DNA of 30,626 nucleotides. Origin: Lama guanicoe. Taxonomy: Eukaryota. Positions 22,852 through 30,626 of this stretch are shown here, in pieces. Location: contig MU054187.1 in assembly GCA_013239625.1 (NCBI GenBank), positions 20,552,897 through 20,583,522 of the forward strand, given 5' to 3'. Both the position numbers and the translations under genes were made by a program. Below the pieces are notes generated by a model that did not search any database, had not been told where the DNA came from, and saw only the letters and a program-made list of their open reading frames with translations. The first letter of the stretch is position 1; every line of letters begins with the position of its first letter.

Positions 22852-23145
22852 ATATATATGTATATATACATATATACAATGAAATGCTACTCAGCTATAA
22901 AAAGGAATAAAATAATGCCATTTGCAGCAACATGGATGGACCTGGAGATCATCATTCTGAGTGAAGTAAGCCAGAGGAAGAGGGAAAGATACAGTATGGT
23001 ATCGCTCATATGAAGAATATAAAAAAATGACACAAATGAACATATTTACAAAACAGAAACAGACTCACAGACATAGAGAACAAACTTATGGATACCAGTG
23101 TGTAAAGGGGGTGGGAAGGGATGAATTGGGAATTTGAAATTTGCA
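22852..23145 (+). mobile_element. L1 fragment (ORF2 extreme C-terminus plus proximal 3'UTR)
   Basis: Peptide 'YTMKCYSAIKRNKIMPFAATWMDLEIIILSEVSQ' is the L1 ORF2 C-terminus. It is followed by 'acaaaacagaaacagactcacagacatagagaacaaacttatgg'. Confidence 0.92.
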
Positions 23146-23298
23146 CTTCTTGGGGAGGGATGGAAATGTTAGGTATCTCGATTGTAGTGGTGGTTTCATA
23201 GGTGTATACGTCTATCAAAATTCATCAAATTATACGTCTAAACTATGAGTAGTTTACTATACAGAAATCATGTCACAATAAAGTTGTTTCTAAAAAAA
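23146..23298 (+). mobile_element. Older L1 (L1MB-ME-type) 3' terminus
   Basis: 'gatggaaatgtt...tatctcgattgtagtggtggtttcataggtgtatac...tcaaaattcatcaaatt...caataaagttg' plus an A tail. Confidence 0.8.
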
Positions 23299-23452
23299 GA
23301 TTTATATTCATCACCTTATCAGTATGATCATCTTACCATAAAATAACCAAAATTCTTTGAGAGCATTTTATCAATTCTGGAAAGTTCTTTTTCAGTATTA
23401 TCTTGCAGTTTTTTTTCTTCTGAATTTATATGTAGGAGGATCTTTTGGACAA

Positions 23453-23722
23453 TTACCCGTAAGGAAGTATGTGTGTGGGATAAATTTGGGAGTTTGACAT
23501 TTGCAAATGTTAGCCATTACATATAAGAATAGCTAAAAAATAAATTTATTCTGTATAGTACAGGGAACTATAGTTAATATCTTATAATAACCTTTAATGA
23601 AAAGGAATATGAAAACAAATATATGTATGTGTATGCATGACTGGGACATTGTGCTGTACACCAGAAACTGACACTTTGTAATGGACTATACTTCAACTAA
23701 ATAAATAAGTAAATAAATAAAA
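23453..23722 (+). mobile_element. Younger L1 3' terminus with (TAAA)n tail
   Basis: 'gggataaatttgggagtttga...ctgtatagtacagggaactata...gctgtacaccagaaa...actatacttcaa' plus an A-rich tail. Confidence 0.88.
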
Positions 23723-23933
23723 GATGTTGAATGCAGTAGCAAAGGGACCTGTTTTGATTTTGCATTTTCATACCAGGTACAACATTTGGATATTTTGGAA
23801 GAGGCAGATGGTCATTTTTTTAAGATATATAAATAGCCTTATGCCATTGCTTGGGAGAGCCAAAGCCTTTATATGACTTCTGTTATAATCCTATGTCCTA
23901 AAATTTCTCTCTCTCTAAAGAGCAATGGTTGTG

Positions 23934-24282
23934 TGTATGAACAGTTAGCATGGGCATCTATACCAAATTATGATAGGCTGCAGGACTTAAAAACCAAACT
24001 TTTTCTCATACTTCTGGGAACATAAGACCAAGGTGCTAGCAGATCTAGGGTCTTGTGCAAGCTCTCCTCTTGGCTGGCAGATGGCCATCTTCTTGTATGA
24101 CAGAGAAAGAGAGAGAGTACTCTCCTCTCTCTTCTTATAAGGATACTAATCTCACTCATGAGGGCTCCACCCTCATGGTCTAAATAATTCCAAAGGCCCC
24201 CCCCACCTACTAATACCATCACCTTGGAGATTAAGATTTCAACATATGAATTTCGGGTGACACAATTGTTCAGTCCACAATA
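23934..24282 (-). mobile_element. MLT1A-like MaLR LTR
   Basis: 'ttataaggatactaatctcactcatgagggctccaccctcatg...aataccatcaccttgg...atttcaacatatgaattt...ttcagtcca' is the reverse MLT1A consensus. Confidence 0.88.
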
Positions 24283-27200
24283 GATGGTAGGTAAATTAAA
24301 AACATTCATTTTTAAAGCAAACTATAAGTTTTATTTTACAACTATAAAGAAAGTTGTTCCCAAAATTATTATGACATTTTCTTCCAGTTAATCAGAGGTG
24401 TATGTATATAGGTTATAATTCAAAAAATCAATCATTTTCTAATTCTGATTGCATGACTGGTTGATTGCTTAGGGATCTCTTTAGTTTCCCCTAGGTCTCC
24501 AAATGTCTAAAAGTTAGTTGATATGAACCACTTTTACATCCTAAACATATAATGAGTTACTTTGAAATTATCAAATCAGCTTTGGTGCAGTCTAGTCTGT
24601 GTATATGCTAAGACTGGTAAGAGATCAAAACTCAAAAAAGAGGATAAAGGAAGAATTGCAGAAGCAGTTTACTCATGGAAAATCCTTCCTTGTTAAGCTC
24701 TAAATACAAATTGAAACATATATTACAATATATATTGAACTACAGCATATGGGGTAGACTATTGGATTTGGATTTGAAGTCACAAATCCTATGTACACAT
24801 CCTTGGAGTAGCATACTTTTTCATAGAACCTTAGTCTTTCTAGCCTTAATATTTTGAATATTAATATTTCACAGATTCTGTACTTTAACCAGAAAGATGT
24901 GCAAAGCAAAGGAAATTGTGTATCTAAAAATGAAAGTCTTATAAACTAGAAAATCACTGGAATTTTATAACTTACAAGTATCTAATGGTTTAACTACTGA
25001 GAATTTTTGAGTTGCTGCCATCCATTATATGACATGAAGCTTACATTTAGGCAAGATGATGAAACATTAGTGAATAAAATTTTGGGTTCTTACCTGTTAA
25101 AAATGGGTCCTAAAAACAGTGATGAGGTTTAAGACAAGTGAGAATAAGGTTATAAAAAGAAATATCCACTCTAATAACCCAACTGGTAGGTTCTGTTGGC
25201 AATACAGATTTTTCAAGCAAATTGTGAAAAGATAACATTGCAGCTAAAAGACTGAACCATTTTCAAAAGATCCAAGGTCGAGATTATATTCTCAACCCCT
25301 TAGCAACACATGTTTGCTCAGTCGCTGTGTATTGCAGCTATATCCTCAGAAGCTGTTTTGTTTCTACCCAGTATTATCTCCACTGAGAATTATATAATTC
25401 TCTCTCTGTCTCCAATTCAAATTTTGGAGACGGTCAGATTAGCAAGGCTAACACTATGATCTCTGTTTTGCAAGGCTTTCTTGCTTAGAGTGCTCGTAGG
25501 CCATTGTCAAGGCCAAGGATTTTCTACCTTGGGTTGATTGACCATTTCAGTTTCAGTCAACTGTTATCAAGGTGGCCATATCATCTAATTAAAATAACTA
25601 TGTATTCCCAGCAAACCCTCTGAGATAGTCCCTCAGTCAAGGCTATGAGTTTGGCGGTATCCATTGTCTGAGGGCCACCATCATGGAAGTCACCAAAATT
25701 GGTCTGCTTCCAACTGGTGTAGTCAAGTGTGCTATCAAGAAAGCAGTAAAAGATTGACACTTGTCTTGCTTGACATCTAAAAGTAGGAATGTATAACTTG
25801 CAACATTTTTTCTATTGAGCAGTTATCTTGGTCTTCAAGATATACTTGCTCATATTTGATATGTAGTATTATTAAACAGTTGCTGGATTCTTGAAAGAGA
25901 AGCTGGAGAAATATTAATAAGCAAAGTTTTACTTTCCCATGTCTAAGAAAATTTGGTAATGATGATTATTATTTCATAGAAACACACATGTCTTATTCAT
26001 TTATAATATAAGGCTATTTCAAAGTTGGCCATATAGAAGACATTGTGATCATGTTTTCTTTCATTCTAAATATGTATTATAATTTTACTTCATTTTATTT
26101 TCTGGTTCAGCTTTGACCTGGAATTTGCCCAAAGCCTTTTTTCCACAGGAGTCCTGCCCCTTTCTGATGGTTGCTTCCCACTGCTGGGCGGTCTTCTCTC
26201 TCATCATTTCCCAGTAGGCTCTAGTTTGCTACAGCACATGCTGAAGTTTTGCTTTATTGTGTCTTTAAAGTTTGACACTCCTGTCCATAAGTATACTTTT
26301 TTTTTTTTACTGAACTGAATAGCAACCACAGATATTGAACATGTAAACTTTTTATTCAAGATTGTTACTGTAACAAAATAATACACCCAGTCAGCCTATG
26401 TTATACATTAAATGTCGTTTTTAAAGTTGTTATTGAAATCTCAAAGGTTTCTTTTCAAAGGCATTGTGAAGTTAGGAATTGAAGGTCACAATCGTTTTTA
26501 TTCTGTGCATCAATCTTTTAAAACCCTGTTATCAGCAAAGTCTCTTCTAAAGAATGTATTATATATAAATGTTTCAATCATGGTTCATTTTTTAAAATAA
26601 AGATGGAAGGTCACCAATGTTATCTGATTGCCCTTGGAAATACAGAACTGTGTATGAGATTAGGAAATTGTTTCTCTCTTCATTGCAGTTTGATACACTT
26701 TTAGTCTCAAAAGGCCTGTTCCCACAAGATATAAACGACCAGTGCTTCAAGGCCATCTGAACTATATTTGGTCTTTAGTAATGAAAACAAAAGAAATATA
26801 CACAAAGACAGAAGCATATTTCAAAATGACTATACAATCATATTCAGCTACTGTATTGAATAGAAACTGTGTTTATTGCTGACAAAGCTAATATCCCTAC
26901 TGTCAAAAGAGAAAGCTTGTTCATACTTCCATAGGTCCTTTACACAGTACCCTTACAATACAAGAGCGGAAGCATTTTCACTTTTATCCCTGTAAGTTTT
27001 TAGTCAGGAATATTGATACCTGAAAATGCTACTAAAATTCCCTTCTATCGTTATTAATGACTCCAAACTTTAATTTCGGGCTCTAACATTAGAAATGAAA
27101 CAACACTATTAATGACTACACAGATCAGCTCTCATGTTCTTTTTCATACTGTCCGACACAGTTACTGTGTAATGGTAGTTTTCTTTCCTGTATGAAATGA

Positions 27201-28559
27201 TTGAGTATGAATACCATTATTTCAGGACACAAATTGCATGTCCATCAGATATTTTTCATCACTAAACATCAGAAATCTTTCCATATGCAATGACATTTGA
27301 GAGCAATGTATACCCAAGATGACTGTCTTTAATAAAATTAGTAATTTTATCTGTGCAAGAGAGACTGCTATTTAATATGTGTAAGTGACATGATAAAAAC
27401 ACATAGAAAGCAAAAGGCCGCATCTAAAATAGAATTTTCCAAACCTGAAAATTCTCGATTATTTTTCTACCTGAGTCCACTGACATTTATCTCTCTAACT
27501 CAAAACAACACAATAAATATGACTGAAGCAAAAGTCCATTTACTGGTTGCTAATAATTTGGAATGAAATGCATCTAAAATTATTTGATCTATTCAATCAG
27601 TATTTCCTCAATGACTTATTTCTTATTAGTGGAAGTACATAAGAAACTCTGAAACATTAAAATTTATCCTTTGCAATCATGTTAAGAAATACAGAATTTA
27701 TCCTATAATAAAAATAATAAAAAGGACGCTCCTTAAAAAAGTAATACACCAAACTGCTTATGGCAAGTGTCACAGGATTAGGTTTTGGCTCATGTGTAAT
27801 GAGTGATTTTTATTTTTAATTTACATATATTAACATGTTTTAAATTACATATAATGTGCGCATACTACAGATAAATATGTAGACAAAAGTTCTGTGAATA
27901 AATAAATTTAACATCTGTGTCCTTTACATCAAATCCCCAAAAGAAATAATCGGTTTGATTCACAGTAACTGAAAAGGATGATCTCTCTGCTTCTTAAGGG
28001 AGCTATACATTATACATTAAAATACAAATAAGCAGTCACTGGTTCATTAAAATCTGTCGGACAGTGGGACCAACCAACATCATTTTAGAAGCCTTGGTCA
28101 GAGAGCCAGGGAATAAAGTGATTTTTGTATATCTAGGTCTCAGGAATGTCTAATGACAGGGGTAACCACCTCTGCTGAAAGTGTTTTTGTTTTTCAAAAC
28201 AGGAAATATTGTTGCCATTGGGAGTTAGATTAGTTTATAAATATAAGTTAAAATATTCACTGTGGACATCCAGAAATATGTCAGGGACACACTGAAGAGG
28301 ACAGAAATCCTATGCTCATAGGTAAGAGCAAGTGTCAGAGAACTTCGAAAATTCCTATTTACATATATATTCTGCATACTCTCTTGTTACTGATTGAGGC
28401 AATGATGCACCGAGAAAAGACAAAACTTTCCAATTGTGCACCAGTCCCTTCTTGGCAGTTCGAAGACATCAACAGAAATTGTACTTTCTCTCCTACGCCA
28501 TCAGTTGTCCTATGCCTGGATTCTTCTAAACAGTAAGCCAACATGAGAAATTCATGTCT

Positions 28560-29280
28560 ATTAAAAAGAAATACTCCTCTGGTTCTGCTTCTCTTCCTGT
28601 CATTGCCCTATTTCTTTCCTTGTGTTTATAACAACGGTCCTCAAAGGGTTCTCTACACGCATTTCCTCTCACCCATGCTACCTTGAGATCAATTCATGAG
28701 TCTTCTGCCGTCTCCTCTCCACTGAAACTGCTCTTCTCAAACCAGTGCCCATCTCTCTCTGAGAATCAAGAGAATCAATTCTCATTTTTTACTGTATGTG
28801 ATTTTCAGCAGCAGTCAGTTGAGCACAATTTCTTCTTAAAATATTGTCTTTATGTGGCTTCCTCTTTCCGGGGTGGGAGAGTATTTGTTATTGTTTTGTT
28901 ATACTTTTTCCCAACTGCAACAGGCTACATCTTCTCAGTCTCCATTGGTGGTTCTTGGTCCCAGGTCTTTAGATGGAAGAGATCTCACCTTTAAACATTT
29001 GATTCCGAAAACTATGGAATCCTATACACAACTGCCTGCCAACACCTCCATTTGTATTTCCAAGTGTAACCTCTTACTCATCCTTGTCCAAACCAACATT
29101 CCGATCAGATCCCAGCCCCTAATATCCCTCTCATGTAGTCTGCAGTCTTTTCCATTTGTCATGACAACTCTCTTTCTTCAACTACTTAGTCCCAACATAT
29201 TGGAGTCATCCTTTACTCATTTCACACTATCATCCAATCTGAGAGGAAATTCTGTTGTCTCTTCATTTAAAATACAATGT
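28560..29280 (+). mobile_element. LINE-2 fragment (ORF2-derived, decayed)
   Basis: 'ccactgaaactgctcttctcaa...tcaattctca...tcagcagca...cagttgagcac' and 'ttggagtcatccttt...catccaatc' are L2 motifs. Confidence 0.8.
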
Positions 29281-29284
29281 TACA

Positions 29285-29771
29285 AACATTGAGGGCATTA
29301 TGTCAAGTGAAATAAGTTAGAGAAAGACAAATACTGTATGATTTTATTTATGTGTGGAATCTAGAAAAACTGAACTCATAGAAACATAATAGATTAGCAG
29401 TTGCTGGGGCAGAAGGTGGGTGAAATGGATAAAGGCTGTCAAAGGGTGCAAACTACAACTTTAAGATGAATCAATTCCGGGGATATAATGTGCGGCATGG
29501 TGACTGTAGTTAACAGTATTATGTTGTATATTTGAAAGTTTCTGAGAATAAATTTTAAAAGTTTTCTCTCTCTCTCTCTCACACACACAGCAGCTATATG
29601 AGATGTTAGATATGTTAACCTGTTTGTGATAATCATTTTTCAACATATTTATATGCCAAATTACTATGCTGTAGACTTTAAACTTACATAATGTTATATG
29701 TCACTTTTGACTCAATAAAACTGGACAAAAATTAAAAGAAAAATAAATAAACAAAATTAAAAACAAAAAAA
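29285..29771 (+). mobile_element. L1MA9-like 3' fragment nested between L2 pieces
   Basis: 'ttgagggcattatg..aagtgaaataag...gagaaagacaaatactgtatgat...gcatggtgactgtagttaa...ctcaataaaactgg' plus an A-rich tail. Confidence 0.88.
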
Positions 29772-29774
29772 GAC

Positions 29775-30135
29775 TTTTTCCCTCACCATGATTTGTCACC
29801 ATACTTTCTCATAGTGGATTAGTCAAACTTGCGCCCTCATTTCTTTCTGGTTTTCACTTAAATGCCAGTCTCCCAGTGAGACATTCCCTGATTACTATAT
29901 TTAAAATTATATCCCACCTAGAAACATCAATTACCCCTTTCTCATTTATGTTTCTTTAAAACAATTGTCATTATCTAACTTCATATATATTTTGCTTGCT
30001 CATTTGATTAGCTATATATTTCCAGAAGAATTTAAAAGGGTAGTGACTTTTGCCTTTTAAATTCACTGGTATCATCCATATTCTAGAGTGTCCTAGCTTA
30101 GAGTGGATCTGAGGTAGATATTTATTGAGTGAATT
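29775..30135 (+). mobile_element. LINE-2 3' fragment
   Basis: 'cttaaatgcca..ctcccagtgagacattccctgattactatatttaaaatt', 'ttcactggtatcatcc...tctaga' and the terminal 'atatttattgagtgaat'. Confidence 0.7.
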
Positions 30136-30626
30136 AATTAAATACAGTATTTCAGTCTTTAAAAAATTTATTAAGAAAATTTTAATCACTGTGCCAATAG
30201 ACTTTAAAAACACATGGTGTTTGAAGAGTTTATATATTTTCTAGTTCAGAAGTGGTATCAGGTAGTCTGACCAAGACCACAGGGTAGGTTAGTACTGAGA
30301 CGAATAAAACTGCTATTTATGAATGTCTATTTCAGGGATCCTTCAATAGTAGAAAGTTTTATATTTTAGAGTGAACACCTTTCAAAAGTTCAGAAAGCAC
30401 TGATAGGACTTAGAAATCTTAAATCATTAATATGGAGGTATCTCTGATTCAGTTGGGAACATAAAATGGTGACACCTTCAGTGCATTAACGTGAAGACAG
30501 TAATTAGTAACTATGGCACTGGAGCTAGGGGTGGTGATAAAGAGTGAGTTTCAGATGGATGGTTTTGATTTAAAAATTATCTTTGCACAGATTTGATTAA
30601 AGAAATAGAAGCAAAGAAGATCACAG

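Noticed and set aside
28683..29292. Longest ORFs in the track (103 and 146 aa)
   Set aside because: They lie within decayed L2 sequence and show no recognisable protein or exon structure.
2994..29715. Several TGA(C/G)TCA AP-1 heptamers across the window
   Set aside because: The count is close to chance expectation for 30 kb and the sites are not tightly clustered.
1..30626. CRISPR-like arrays, operons or other prokaryotic/viral systems
   Set aside because: There is no regularly spaced repeat-spacer array and no gene-dense region. The sequence is mammalian repeat-rich non-coding DNA.

Overview
AT-rich mammalian non-coding DNA, most likely from a camelid (camel, llama or alpaca), because it carries two tRNA-Ala-derived Vic-1-type SINEs at ~20.4-20.8 kb plus cetartiodactyl-type L1 3' ends. 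I recognise no protein-coding exon, tRNA, rRNA or snoRNA gene. The ORF-track entries are chance ORFs or decayed L1 ORF2/L2/LTR sequence. Much of the window is a layered record of transposons: L2, MIR, hAT DNA elements (MER5A, MER81, Charlie-like), MaLR and ERV LTRs, old and younger L1, and Vic-1. Long unique AT-rich stretches lie between them, as in a gene desert or a very large intron. Best-supported curiosities: a twin-primed (5'-inverted) L1 with a perfect 13-bp TSD; a complete ERV1-type solo LTR with a 4-bp TSD; a 43-nt near-palindrome whose mismatches all become G-U pairs on the minus strand; and a CpG-retaining unique island at ~11.2-11.7 kb with splice-like signals and a 38-bp-period duplication. 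I found no convincing evidence of a new biological system. Repeat family names come from recalled consensus sequences and need RepeatMasker/Dfam confirmation.
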